Positions 1-12,571 of a stretch of 60,000 nt of DNA are shown piece after piece. The stretch comes from Lytechinus pictus (taxonomy: Eukaryota). Made by a program: the position numbers and the translations under genes. The stretch lies in NCBI RefSeq assembly GCF_037042905.1, contig NC_087263.1:10790001-10850000 (forward strand). Direction: 5' to 3'. Position 1 is the first letter of the stretch. The number at the start of each line of letters is the position of its first letter. The notes beneath the pieces were generated by a model. The model saw only the letters and a list, made by a program, of their open reading frames with translations. It searched no databases and was not told the DNA's origin.

Positions 1-68
1 ACACATTCAATTTTATGGAAAAAAGTATAGGAGAAAAAATAAGAGGAAAGGGAGGAGAAAAGCGCAAG

Positions 69-73
69 TGAGA

Positions 74-108
<35 letters not shown>

Positions 109-117
109 GGGGGGGGT
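69..117. repeat. (GA)n microsatellite followed by poly-G
   Basis: Directly visible tandem GA units, then a G run. Confidence 0.95.
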
Positions 118-454
118 GCAGTAGAAGATTATTATGATTCATGAAAAGACGCGCTACTCACTAATGGGTATTTGCAAAAAACACTGCTCGCAGTTGATGA
201 TATCAGATAGGAAAAATCACGCACACCTAAGGGGGGAGTACATCCTGACTTCAATTTTATTTTTATAAAAGCATAAAAATAATTACTAACTTATGGGTGG
301 AAGTTTTTCAAAATCCACCAACGAATAAAGCGAGTAGCTCCTCCGCACGTCACGTAATAGACATTTTAAAAATATCAGAAAGTTGAAAGTAGTTTTAAGA
401 AAAAATATAGTTTCTAGTCCCCTGTCCAACGTTATTGTCAAGGTGAACTTAATT

Positions 455-803
455 ATAAAAATAATAGTACATTTATATTGCGCTTATTACACTTTGTTTC
501 GGCGCTTTACATTGCAATTATTATTACCACGGTCATCGGATCCTTGCATGCCAGCACACAATGTGTGTACTTTCTCCACTCCCTGGGTAGCATTCCAACT
601 AGAATTCAAAGACTCAATTGCTAGGTATACTGCATATAGACTTTCGCATTCTACCGGGTACCCATTTAACAGCTGGGTGGAGAGTGGCAAAGTGTTGATT
701 GACGCATTGCCGAAGGTCGTTAGGCCGTCATCGCCGCGGTGGGATTCGAATACACGACCCTCTGATTGCAAGGCGCGAGTCAGAACCGCTACACCACGAC
801 TCC
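455..803 (-). mobile_element. tRNA-derived SINE (SINE2), family A
   Basis: Reverse strand reads GTGGTGTAGCGGTT (A box) ... ATTCGAATCCC (B box), core CTCTCCACCCAG..AAATGGGTACCCGGTAG, then GGATCCGATGACC and an AT-rich tail; homologous to 5661-5988, 15828-16158 and 56221-56513. Confidence 0.9.
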
Positions 804-822
804 CCCCCCCCCTTTGAACTAC

Positions 823-1146
823 ATAGAGAGTTTTCGCATTTACTACGAAGTCGCTCTCTGTGCACGTACAACGCACTAATTTCTTTGAAATTTCAAGTCA
901 AATCACATTGGAGAGCTGAGAGGCTTTTGTCGATAGTTGGTGGACCGGGACAGCAGCGGAATCTCTTGACTCTGGACAACATATTTGCAATTGTTCGTCC
1001 GGTGCATATCTTCGGATGATCTGCTGTCCCGGTCAACCAACTTTCGATAAAAGCCTCTCAGCTCTCCATCGTGATTTTGATTGCATTTTCAAAAGAATCG
1101 GTGCGTTGTAGAGAGCGGCTCCGTAGTAAATGCGAAAACTCTCTAT
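823..1146. mobile_element. Palindromic MITE (termini ATAGAGAGTTTTCGCA...TGCGAAAACTCTCTAT)
   Basis: Inverted arms of ~135 bp around a short spacer; termini resemble those of 30562-30869. Confidence 0.85.
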
Positions 1147-1406
1147 TATAGGCGGAGGTATAATTAACACCGAACACGGATGCAGTGAAGCGTTGGAGAC
1201 GGATGTGGAATGGCTCGCAATCTCTCTCTCTTTATCGACGATCCCTAAAGAAAATTGCACAAATGAGTTTATATTGGCTTCATTGGGACAATACACCAAG
1301 AACAACAGATTCGAAGAAGAAAAAATAACAAAGTCAGATCAGAGGGCATTTGACCGTGTTGAGAGTGACGCTAACTCGGGCACAAAGAAGAGGAAATATA
1401 AGGGGA

Positions 1407-1680
1407 ATTCTGGGAAGAACACGTGTGACACAACGTAAAGTCACCTTCGCACTATTAAATTCGAGCATTTCAACAGTCAAATTACATATTCACATAGTTG
1501 ACCATGGCCGTGAACAAGCTGTGAACAGTCCAACTATCCAGGTGTCCACAGTCCACATAAAATTTATTCACACTGTTGAATTTGAGAATTTTAACAGTGT
1601 GAATAATGTTTCAATGTACTAGTAGTCCGCTGTGTAAGAACGTTGACCACACTGTGTGACACTGTGTTCTATTCAGCAGG
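1407..1680. mobile_element. Degenerate copy of the CCCTAC...AGGG MITE family (EnSpm/CMC-like)
   Basis: CACAGTGTG/CACACTGT-type motifs and right end CTGTGTTCTATTCAGCAGG shared with 25826, 32562 and 36596 copies. Confidence 0.7.
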
Positions 1681-1699
1681 CAGATGGAGAAAAAATAGC

Positions 1700-1889
1700 G
1701 AAATACACTGGATATCTTATACGAAAAAAATTTCACAATATAAATGTTTTGTGAAATTAAGCAAAACTTTAAAATGTCATAACTCTCTTATTTTACATCC
1801 GATTTTGATGAAATTTTCAGTGTTATGCTTGTTGGATTTTTCTCTTTTTATTCAAATCAACTTCTTGTTGGGGTGGACTTGTCCTTTAA
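1700..1889. mobile_element. One arm of a TTAA-flanked (Kolobok-like) MITE
   Basis: Ends GGGGTGGACTTGTCCTTTAA; same arm recurs at 47195-47400. Confidence 0.7.
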
Positions 1890-1962
1890 TAAGTAGGCCA
1901 GCCCTATAGATTCGAGATTTTTACTCGCAGTCGACCTGTGCATATAATTTGATAACTATATT

Positions 1963-2143
1963 CAGTGGCGGGTGCAGGGGAGGAGGGCGGGAGGCACATC
2001 CGGCTCGCGCCCCATCCCTTTTGAGAGCCATTATCAAAATTTCTAATGTAAATATGCCGTTTTGACCGAAGTGTGCCCCCCCTTGAAAGTGGGGACCTTT
2101 TTATTTCCCCCCCCCCTTTGGAGAAAGCCTGGATCCGCCCCTA
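1963..2143. mobile_element. hAT-like GC-rich MITE
   Basis: Termini CAGTGGCGG...GGATCCGCCCCTA; flanks ACTATATT/TGTATATT (6/8 match, decayed TSD). Confidence 0.6.
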
Positions 2144-2574
2144 TGTATATTTTAATGATAATCGTTCTATATTATCTCAAGCCTGTACCAGTAGAGGAAT
2201 TTCTCCAACCAGAAAAAAAGTTCTATAATGCCAAGGCCTACGTCTTTCCTCATAATTAGAACAACAGTTTTCGAAGTGATCATGATATGTAGGCGTCAGG
2301 CTACCCCCATCTAATCGAAGTGCAAATAAATGTTCAAAATTTAGAATTCCAACTGTTTATCAAAGCTACCAATAATAACAACAACTCTTGATTAATTAAA
2401 AAATACCTGAAGACGGAAGCCGAGAGCGTTGTTTGATTCTAATAACGATAGCAATAATAATAGTAGTAATAATAGTAAAAAAAATAACATTAATAATGAT
2501 ATTAACAATAATGATGATAATAATAATAACGATGATAATAATAGTAATAATAGTTACATTTTAATTAAATTTCA

Positions 2575-2742
2575 GTTCGGCAACTACTAAACCAGCGGGT
2601 CCTGCATAGCATAATATGTTGTTATTACTATTTCCCGGACAAGAAGGTCCCATTTTTATAAGTCTCTTGTGTGACTCGGTCGAGGATCGAACCACTCTCG
2701 TTCACGAGGCAGACGCTCTACCACTGAGCCACCATACTGGTT
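2575..2742 (-). mobile_element. tRNA-derived SINE, family B (MetaSINE-like core)
   Basis: Reverse strand GGTGGCTCAGTGGTAGAGCGTCTGCC (A box), GGTTCGATCCT (B box), then GACTTATAAAAATGGGACC; second copy at 34560-34718. Confidence 0.8.
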
Positions 2743-4507
2743 AGGCTGATGACGTTGTAAAAACTGTGTTTTCTAGTTATGTGGAAAGAGTTGTATTTAT
2801 ACATTGCCAAGGAATACTTTGTATAAAAGACTAAATACGCTACATGTACAGTTTTGGGAGATGTCAAATTTGGGCGAAATTTTTCACCCATTAGACGGTT
2901 GCACTCACGTATACAGCGAATTGATCAATGGGCGGAGGGGGAGGGGGTATCCTGATTTTTTTCCCCCACCTCATCCCTCGACTTAGTGAGGGGGTGTGTA
3001 TCTGGGGAGTGTGTCCATGTTGGGTGGGTGGATGTGTGTTGCGGGTGCGCTTTGGGTGGGTTAACACGCCTTTCTTTCTCCTCTTCCATCTCTCTTTCTA
3101 TCTCTCTCTCTCTACATTTACATACAAAATCTCCCTCGACCCTTCGCTCTCCTACTCTCTCCGTATCTGTCTCTGCACCCACACCCCCCTTCTCTCTCTC
3201 TGTCCCTATCCCTCTCGCTTTGTCAAGGTAGTCTGCAGGCACAGATCCTCCGTTTTTGCAATTCCCATATCAAAGTGTTTAATGTATAATGTAGAGTCTG
3301 AAGCAGTGAGACTAGATTCACTATGTACTGTGATTGGCTCTTATTTGACACAGAGAGTTTGGCGTCTAGTCTTCACTCTAGACATGGCATAATTGGTTTA
3401 AGTTTCAAATATTATTATTATTATTGTTACTTATCATTTGTACTGCGCTTTTCCCATTAGGCCCAAAGCGCTTAATATGAGTCTGTGCTTCCAGACTATT
3501 TACAAGGATGGATGTTGCTGCAGCATCTGCGAACCATTATTGCTTGCATCCGTGTCTGGACCAAGGGAGGGAGCAGGAGCTATATAATCTTGCGTAGTCG
3601 AGGCTTTCTTTACCCCCCTTCTCCGTGTGTGACGATGAATCACCAATGCAACGCTTCCTGTGCCTATATTTAGCCCCCCTCGAGTATCAGTTTCGAACCC
3701 ATGGTTCCCTTTCCATCGATTTCAATCAGTAGAAAAACCTTGACAATGGAAATGAAATGGAAACTTTCTGTTGACCTGGTTATATCCGACGCGTTTAATG
3801 ATGTTGTTTTAAGCAATACGCAACGTGCACATAGTGATGCCTAACTTGTGCAAAAAGACATAGGATACTTGCTCAACCCATCTAACCCTTGCATTGTTAT
3901 ATTTCAAATGTCCTCACAACTATGACAAAGGTCGAAGTTCATCCCCATATCCTGAATCAAGAGTCCAAAACGGTTCTGACAATATAAAAAAATATAAAAA
4001 AAACCTGAAGAGTTAAACAAATCTACCCCTTATCTCCCCCTTCAATTATAATAGTGGGGTGTCATTACCTGTGGTCGATTGTAAATTCAACAGCAAAAGA
4101 ATTACAAAAGAAAAAGTATATAACTGATACTGCCAAATCATTGCAATTACAGCAAAATTAAGATAAATGAATATCTGTTTTATAATATAGCACGGTCCAA
4201 CATCTTGATTCCGTGTTAATGAAATTATTATAATTTGTGGAGGGCCCGAATTATTTCAATTAACTTTGTTCTAAACAAACTTTTTGGCGTATAAATAAAC
4301 ACTTTAGGATTGCTTCAAGCTATTTTCTATCGTTAATTTATATACAAGATTGATATACTGATAAGTAAAGGAACATGAAGGGGTAAACCAGGTAAAGTAA
4401 TAGTTCATGCTTCGTGAAAAATAGGTATTCACATGCAATTTTAGAAAAAAAATATACCTGTGCACTATGTATATGAATTCGATATGAATTCCCATAACTG
4501 TAAAATA

Positions 4508-5492
4508 CAGTGCGTATCAACAAAAGGTTAAAATTAGAAAAAATCCTGTAAAATTATACATTTGTAATATCCTGAAGTTTTTTCCACATTTTTAAAATTG
4601 GTACAGATCCATTTAAGCAAATGACGATATAACAGTCGAAAAATATTTCCGCTTGAGTGAGCACCACTTACTTTTGAAAAGTTAGTGAAAAATGATTTGC
4701 GCAGAACTTTGAAATAGTTATGCGAATAAAAGTAGACCTTAATCATGAAGAACACGTGGAATTTAGCTAGTAAAATTGATTTGAAGATATTTTTTACCTT
4801 TTTAAACTTGTTTCCTTACCGAAAACACTTCAAAGAGTGCATTGCGCCCCACCCCACTCCCCCACACACCGAGGCCATCGTGACGATATTTGCTTTACAC
4901 TGAGCTGTGATTTACATGAAATGGCTTAGGCTTGATTTTCATTTTGTTAATCATTGTCAAGCTTGGAAAATGTGTGGAGAAACAAGTATTAAATGAAAAA
5001 TGAAATGCAAACCCATAATAAATGATAAAAACTTAGTGAAAAAATGCTGGAGATGTCTGATATCAACCTTTGTTCAGATTTAGTAATGTCCTCAGATCCA
5101 GCTGGCACAAAAGGGTAAAGTTTGTACTTACTAAGTGTTAAAATTTCAATTTGGGTGGCAAAATTGTTACAAAATGTTTGAATGTATCCTTTTATTTCAA
5201 TTGACTAAAAGTGCAAGGGAAATGTATGAGAAATGTTTTGCAGGGTACGTTTGATTTCGCCCTTTCCCCTTGACACAGCGTGAAAACAAACATTTCTGCG
5301 CAAAAAGATTTCTGCGAGCTTTACAAAAATGGACAGTGTTCACTCAAGTGTAACATTCTGTCAAAACTTTTACTTTCATTGGATAGATGAGACCCAAACC
5401 CAAGATTATATGTAAAAAAATTACCCACATGTTGTATATTTTTTAATTCCCAGGGCTTTTTCAAAGTGTAAACTTTTTTTTGATACGCACTG
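4508..5492. mobile_element. Non-autonomous Tc1/mariner-like DNA transposon
   Basis: TA|CAGTGCGTATCAA ... TTGATACGCACTG|TA; TA TSD; no transposase ORF. Confidence 0.85.
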
Positions 5493-5660
5493 TATAACGC
5501 AAACCAAACAGTGATCTTCGTGATACTACGGCTGCCGTAGATGGCGTGAGGACCTTTTCAAGAGAAAGCCATTTCAATTATGATCAAAATTAAGATAAAA
5601 CCAAGGAGCTTCTTGAAGCTCCTTGGTAATACACGAGAAAATATTCGTAAAATGTGACTC

Positions 5661-5988
5661 TAATAATACAAAATAGTAGCTACATTTTATATAGCACTTA
5701 TTGGATTCTGTTTCTAAGCGCTTTGCACTGTAATATTTCCCCGTCATCGGATCCTGACATGCCCGCACACAAGGGGGAGCATTCCACCAACAGTTCTAAG
5801 ACTCATTTGTTAGGCATGTATAATACGTATGCGTTTACATCCTACCGGGTACCAATTTAACACTCCGGTGGAGAGTGGTAAAGTGTGGATTGACGCCTTG
5901 CCAAAGGACGCGAGGCCGCGGCGGGATTCGAACACACGACCCTCTGATTAGAAGGCGATATGATAAAAGTCTGGACCACGTCGCTTCC
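5661..5988 (-). mobile_element. tRNA-derived SINE, family A
   Basis: B box GTTCGAATCCCG, core TTGGTACCCGGTAGGATG, AT-rich tail; homologous to 455-803. Confidence 0.85.
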
Positions 5989-6576
5989 ACTAAGCATTTT
6001 AATAAATGCTCGGGTTGATATACCCGCCTTCTTTTACTTTTACACATTGCATTTTGTAGAAAAAGTATTTTCTTTTATTAATTAGGTTTCCTCCATAAAT
6101 TCCCAAGCAAGTATAATTTATGTGAACCTTTTGAATAGTTTGATACGTTTAAGGGTCTCTTGCAAATTTGTCATACTTACCCGATATTTCTTACATATTT
6201 TTTCGATATTGGCGTACCTAATCTGGATCATTTGAAGTTTTTTCTGGGGGATATTTAAAAAAAAAATCAATTATAACTCTTTATATCCATGTACATAAAG
6301 CTATGCTGTCTTGATAAACAATGAAATACTTTTTAGAATTTACTTATAATGATAAGAACCTGGAACACCAGCCTGAATAATTTGTACTTCAGTAAGAATA
6401 TAGTGACTTCATACAACGTTATTGTTGCCATCAATAAATAAAAAAAGTACTTTGAACAATGTACCGTCGTAGATCTCTGTGACATAGCGCCACCATGTGA
6501 CCGTATAATTATTTTGCAGCCGGCATTGAGAGCAAACAACTATCCAGCAGCTATCGACATCCAATAAGCCTACACA

Positions 6577-6805
6577 TTCAAATTCAAATTCAAGTTCAGG
6601 TTCAAATTCAAATTCATTAATTTCACGTCTCTAAAAAAACAAGATACAATACATTAAGATAAATAAATCAAAAGATTTCATAATAAAATTAAAAGAAAAC
6701 AATGAAAATTGTAAAATTTTGGAAAAAAGTAACAAAATACATAAAGGGTATGAATGGGATGTGAGGGAATAGCAAAAAGCCAATAGGCCTATTTAGGTTA
6801 CTACC
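6577..6805 (-). mobile_element. 3' tail/UTR remnant of a CR1/L2-group LINE
   Basis: (TTCAAA)n tail and a downstream stem-loop resembling other LINE ends in the window. Confidence 0.45.
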
Positions 6806-6898
6806 TGATTAACATTCATAACATGTCTCAGATTTCGTTCTACATGTCCTCCGAAATTTTCTTTCTATTTCTTACTGTCCTACTTCTATCATTCTTGC

Positions 6899-7154
6899 CA
6901 GTGGTGTAATGAGCCAAACATTTGAGGGGACCAAACATAGCGTTTGGTGCATATTTTCTGAAAAGCTACAATCGAACGAAGCTTGCGAGTTTTTGTTTTA
7001 AGCTACTGAATATAAAAGTCTAATTTCTGTGACAGATTGTGACATTTAAGTTAGAAAAATATCATATTTCACTCCTTTTCCTCTCCTTTTCTCCTTGTCA
7101 GTAAAATTTTAGGGGTGGGGATTCATGGCCCCATCCCCCCATCTAACGCCAGTG
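6899..7154. mobile_element. hAT-like MITE
   Basis: CAGTGGTGTA...TAACGCCAGTG flanked by an exact 8-bp TSD ATTCTTGC (6891-6898, 7155-7162). Confidence 0.9.
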
Positions 7155-7402
7155 ATTCTTGCCCCTTTGCCTCTATGTACTGATGTATGTCTGTCTATTT
7201 ATCTCTGTCGACCAATCTCACTGTTTGTCCTTGACTCCCGGCCCGTCTACACTCTCTCCCAACATCTCCATTCTCTTCTTCCAAATAGCCATCGCTTCTT
7301 TCTCTACCCTTGTTTCACGTGATCTCTTCCTGTCCCGTTGTCCTGCCGGTCTCCTATTCAGCCACCACTTTCTCTCCACCCTCCCCATTGCACTACCCCC
7401 CT

Positions 7403-7458
<56 letters not shown>

Positions 7459-7570
7459 ACCCTCCCTTCTGACTCAGTGTAATTTTTTTTTTTTCATTCA
7501 AGTACGCAACATGTGACCTTTCATCTACACACACACACACACACACACTCTATCTCTCCCTCTCTCTCTT
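7403..7570. repeat. Compound (CT)n/(CA)n microsatellites
   Basis: Directly visible. Confidence 0.9.
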
Positions 7571-8054
7571 TCATTCACTCACTCTCTCATCTCATCTCAC
7601 TCAGTCTATTTCTTTTGATCTTTTTTTATATTTTTATATTCATTCAAGTACACAACACATAAAATACTCACTCGCAATTCGCTGCAAAAAAAAGTAGGGC
7701 CTAACTGCTTTCCCATTCAACCAGCACCAAAAAGCTTAATATACTTATAAGGAGGTCAGTATAAGATGCTTCTCACACATAAATTCTTCTCTTGTATGCA
7801 AAGTACATCTCGTCTTTTGGGGTCAAGATTTAAGATAAATACGAATGCTCGACCTGAAAGACCACGAGGGTTAAGAGAGCCAGCCATGTGCCCCCGATAT
7901 TTTCAATTGTACATTAAAATGATTGAATGCAAATTTAATATCCAACTCACGAAAAAAAAAATCATAAAACATCAAAGACGGTGCCCGGATATTTTGGGTA
8001 ATGTGGCATAAAATGACCTCTTTTCTTACAGACGTTCTTACAGAAAATGGCTAG

Positions 8055-8228
8055 TAGGGCAATTTAGCTATCACTTCACAGACGCTTTCTATGAAGCAGA
8101 GGATCTTTCTATTTTCAAAAGCCCTTCATAACAATGCAGCCTTTTAGAAAATCGGTGAATCAAAACAGCTATGTCGTATTGGATTCTGGACAAACAATAC
8201 ATTTGCAATTTTTGTCCTGTCCGAATCA
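8055..8228. mobile_element. Left part of a TAGGG(C)..TTTAGC/TTTCGC-terminus MITE, interrupted by the element at 8229
   Basis: Homologous to 29855-30295 and 30562-30869 (CAAAAGCCCTTCA..AAAATCGGTGAATCAAAAC..CTGGACAA); similarity resumes near 8980-9005. Confidence 0.65.
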
Positions 8229-8914
8229 AGGCCTGGTCCTACTGGCTGACGGATACAAAACGTGTTCATAAAGGACACAGGGACGCTCAAATTTTAGCGG
8301 GTGGCTCCATTCGTTTTCATCCGCTCCAGAAATGGACAAAATGGCCAAAAAAAATTGCGAAAATATAACGGAAAGAACGAACGGGGGTAGTATGTAGCGC
8401 GGATGTTAAACGGTTGTTCATCGGAAACCTTGCGGATGAAAGCGGATGGAAGTGGATGACAGCTCCAAAGGGGTTGCCGTGGGGGGGGGGGGGGTGAATA
8501 CTTTACTTACGAGATGCATACCCTTACATCCTTTCTATTTCCGTGCTACTAATGATGTATAGACGTTCCATGTACCTTATCTTTCCTCCCTCTTTCCGTT
8601 TGTCAGCTTCAGTGGATCTGAGTTGCGAGGATGCCCAGAGGAGGCAAAGAGGATACAGCGTCTAACGGATGATAAAGGACATGGAACGTGTGTTGCTCGT
8701 ATACGTTGCGGATTTACATCGTACCCGGCGGAAAGTTCAACCGTTCTAAAAGTTTTTTGCAGCTCAAAACTTTTAGCGCAGATGAAATCACAGTGGATGC
8801 AATGAGTACATAACGGATGCATAGCGTTTCCCCACCGTACGGCATGATTATTTCCGTTTTGCATCCTCTTTGCATCCGTAGGTGCAGTGTACGGAAGGCA
8901 GTGGGACCGGGCCT
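8229..8914. mobile_element. PIF/Harbinger-like non-autonomous element
   Basis: TIRs AGGCCTGGTCCTACTG / CAGTGGGACCGGGCCT; interior rich in ACGGAT/ATCCGT motifs. Confidence 0.7.
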
Positions 8915-9716
8915 TTCACACGATGTGTTATCCCGGTTCATGAGCTTTCGATAATGACCTCTAATCTCTCCATAGTGATTGGACGGGCATTTTCAATAGA
9001 TTCAAGAGGGTTCATGGCCGTGCACTGTTTTTCCCCATGGGGGGCGGGAGACACGTTAAAATTTTCGAAGAAATTCAAAAGTGAGGGAGTGAGGCGACCG
9101 AGGTTGTCATAGTGGCGCTTTTGTATTTCATCAAGTGAAATTTAAAAAAATTATGCACAAGTTTGATTATAAAAAAAAAAGAAGTTTTCCCTTAGGGTGG
9201 GGGGGGGGGGGGGCGGCAACGGCCACACCGCTTCGCACTGCCACAAAGAGGGCGCATGTGTCCTCCAATGTTTCTACAAGGCGGAAAAAAGAATTCCGCG
9301 TCGCATAGCCCCAAGGCAGGAGGGGGAGGGGCAGCGTTATATATGCAATGGAAAGCACTAGATGTGTGTTAAAATAACTTCAAAGTTATGTGATTAGTTC
9401 TAATGTTCATAGAATCATCGGAGTGCAAGGCTTGTCAGGTGGAACATCTAATTACTCGAGCAATTTCGCCGTGTCACGAAACAATTGGCAATTAACCTTT
9501 CACAATGGGCGAAATTTCGCCGTCAGTTCAGAGGCCTGTGTTCTTAAAAGACCCATCGAATATTAAAATAATGTGAGATGTCATGTAATTAAAGATGGCA
9601 AGGAGGAAATGGTTGGAGAAAATCAGAGACGTAAATATCAAGGAAGATAAAGGTGAAATTGAGGAGAGGATGGTTAACAGTGGTGAAAGGAGAAGAAAAC
9701 ACAGAATTATATTCAC

Positions 9717-9855
9717 CAACTGCCGTGTCTTGTTAAGGAATTCTGTTGAGCCCGTAAAGTTCGCAAACATTAAATATATTTTGTCGAATACACGGGCAGG
9801 TGATGTCCCATTAAGTCGACCTTTTTTAACCCAAGTCGAAGGAATTCTTTTAGAC
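9717..9855 (-). CDS. Candidate internal exon (139 nt), peptide SKRIPSTWVKKGRLNGTSPARVFDKIYLMFANFTGSTEFLNKTRQL
   Basis: Acceptor TTGCATAATCAG|G, donor TTG|GTGAAT, one open frame, non-repetitive; no recognisable homology. Confidence 0.25.
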
Positions 9856-10677
9856 CTGATTATGCAAGATATGTGTTCAATTACTTCTCCCAAATTTAAA
9901 CACATTACTTCTTTCTCAAAACATTCGATTAAGGGGGAAAACATTTGTTTACAGAACATTAATGAAGATCATTGCTTCATTTGTGCTTATCAAGCATAAC
10001 AACAAAATTCTCTATTAATGACAAATACGGAAAAAAGGAAATATCGAAAAGTAAATAAGACATTGTCATGATATTACAAAGCAGTTTCCATCGAATGAAA
10101 AAAATGAAACTGACATTGGCCGAGTTAATAAAAATTAAAGAGATGAACATTATCATGATAATGACCATGGTTACATATATACCCTCAAACATACATGTAC
10201 ATAGAAAGGGCGTGGGGTTGAATAGTAAATGGGCGATTCCATACGTGTCGTACGGGACATTTTGACAACAATTTCTAGTTTCTTAGTCAAATGCTTGAGC
10301 AATAAATATTCTATTTTTGTCAATGATAAAGCTATAGTGGTTAGTCATGTGAAAAACTAATAACCAACACAAAAAATTTGATTATGGGTAATTTATAGGT
10401 GACAATGTTGTGTGTCGTACGGGACGCAGAAATGTCCCGTACGACACGCAACACTTGAGGCTCTAATTCACCTATGGACAACATATTTGTGTTGGTTGTC
10501 AGTTTTTTGCATGTCTACCCAGTAGTACTTTATTATTACCACAAAGCAAATTGAAGTTCTTCGTTCGTTTGGACAGCAGGTTGAAAAATGTTGTGAAAAT
10601 GGCTGATTTTTCTAGCATGGAATGAAATATAATCTTTATCGGAGTACATTGACTTTGATAGTTGTCAATACAATAAA

Positions 10678-10975
10678 CATGCAGTTGTTGAAATTCTGTA
10701 GTTATTACACATGCATACAGGTTATTTTTCAAATTCTACCTGATACTAACACAACTTTTTGTTAATGATCTTTTAAAGTGCATACGATTCTGGAGTCTTA
10801 TTTTGCTGATTGTTATTTATACGTTAAAGATGCAGTTTTTGAAACTCTGTAATCATTACACATGCACACTTGTTATTTTCCCATTTCTACCTGACACAAA
10901 CACAGATTTTTGTTCATCATGTTCATGATCCGGGTTCATGATACTTTAAAGAGCATGCGATTCTGCAGCCTTGAT
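10678..10975. repeat. Two diverged ~150-bp direct repeats, probably inside a transposon remnant starting near 10229
   Basis: ATGCAGTT..GAAA.TCTGTA..ATTACACATGCA..TTCTACCTGA..TTTAAAG.GCAT.CGATTCTG occurs at ~10678 and ~10829. Confidence 0.75.
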
Positions 10976-12369
10976 AATCCCGCCTTATGACCTCACCTAC
11001 TCAAATCTGGCCAAGTTTCTTATCCACAAATCCACAATACAACATTTTGAGTTGTGTAGGCCCATTTCAACGAGAACACACACATTTACTACTCTATTCA
11101 TTCATACCGCAATAAATATGTCACCGCGAATCAAAGCAAATGTTTTGTTCTCTCCCAAACATTTTTGTTTCTCTTAACAAAATATGCTAACAGGATAATT
11201 TTCTCTGTTTTACATATAGTTATTTCGAAATGCAAACTGGAAGAGCTATTCATAACAGAGTCAATGACAAATCGCACATAGGGGGGGGGGGGGTAAGTCC
11301 GTTCCTTTTAAGATTACATGTTTGAAATGATGTTGACTGATCTTTATCCAAAGTATACACAACTATACACGAAACACACTCGATAAAATATTTATTTGTT
11401 TGGATTGATTTCAATTTGTATAGGGCGTTATTTATGAGAGGGACAAATCAGCTGTTTGTGAACATTCCCTTGTATAATTTACGAACTTAAATCATGTTAA
11501 TTAGCCCAGAAGAAATCTACACCTGTCTTAGTTATTTGATCATACGGTATTTTTTTTCAGGAGCGGTGTCGTTTGATAATCTTTTAGAATGTATTTCACA
11601 ATTTCAACTCTGATTTCTTAAAGAAAAACTATGATTTGAATTTAAAGGAATCATTTACGTTTTATCCACTTCTGTTACAATCATTTATGTATCTTTTTTC
11701 TTTAAATTGCCCCTCTCTTACCTATTTTAGGAGAAGTGTTAGTAATTAATTCAATTGGATGTGCCTGCGCCTATAAGAACGTTTTCACAGATATATAAAT
11801 GCTGTGAATCATCATCATCTTCTTTATCTGTTTACTTTGCTAGTATTGCACTCCCTAACAATTGACATTTTTAATGACTTTTAGATTGATTTTTGGCAGT
11901 TAGATAGAATATAAATATATAAATATAATCACATGAATATGATTTCATAATTTTAGCGAGAACTGATGAAGCAGATACTGTGCGTGTGTCAGTTTTCTTT
12001 ATGTTTTATTTGGTATATTGCGTTTCGAAATTTGTGTCCTTACGTGGTAATTGAAGGAATTCGATAACCGTCACAGAGATGTGACATGATGTTGCATGAC
12101 CAATATCTGCTTTAATTGATGTTAATATCATATTTAATCTCAAGGAGTTCTCCCGGGCGTTATACCATTAACACAATTTAAAAGTCCCCGTCCTCCCCTT
12201 TTACGAGGGAGGCGCAACAAAAGTACATCAATTAGTGAAACAACTTTGGAGTGGTTATAATACTCTATCCTTTGAACATTCTTCAACTAATTAATTACAT
12301 CCTGATTAAATCTACCTGAAAATTAAAAGTAAACTACCTGATTTTGAAGTCAATAGAAGACTTAATTCA

Positions 12370-12571
12370 CACAGTAGAAACACTGTTTAAATTATTATTT
12401 GTTGTTTACTATATGAACCTTACAGTACATGTTTAAACAATTCAAACAAGTGTTTAAAAGATTAAACAACAATATTCCCCCTTTTAATGTTTAAATCCCA
12501 ACAACCACTGTAAGGTTCAATCATATCGTAAACAGAATTGTATGAAATTTTAAACATTTTTTTTTACTGTG
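12370..12571. mobile_element. MITE with CACAGTA...TACTGTG termini (EnSpm/CMC-like)
   Basis: Inverted termini with TTTAAAC subterminal motifs. Confidence 0.6.

Noticed and set aside
383..1305. Overlapping 90-144 aa ORFs
   Set aside because: They are translations of a SINE and a palindromic MITE; the same peptide pieces recur at other repeat copies and on both strands
6486..9257. Additional CTCF-like motifs at ~6487 and ~9241
   Set aside because: Partial matches expected by chance; no supporting context
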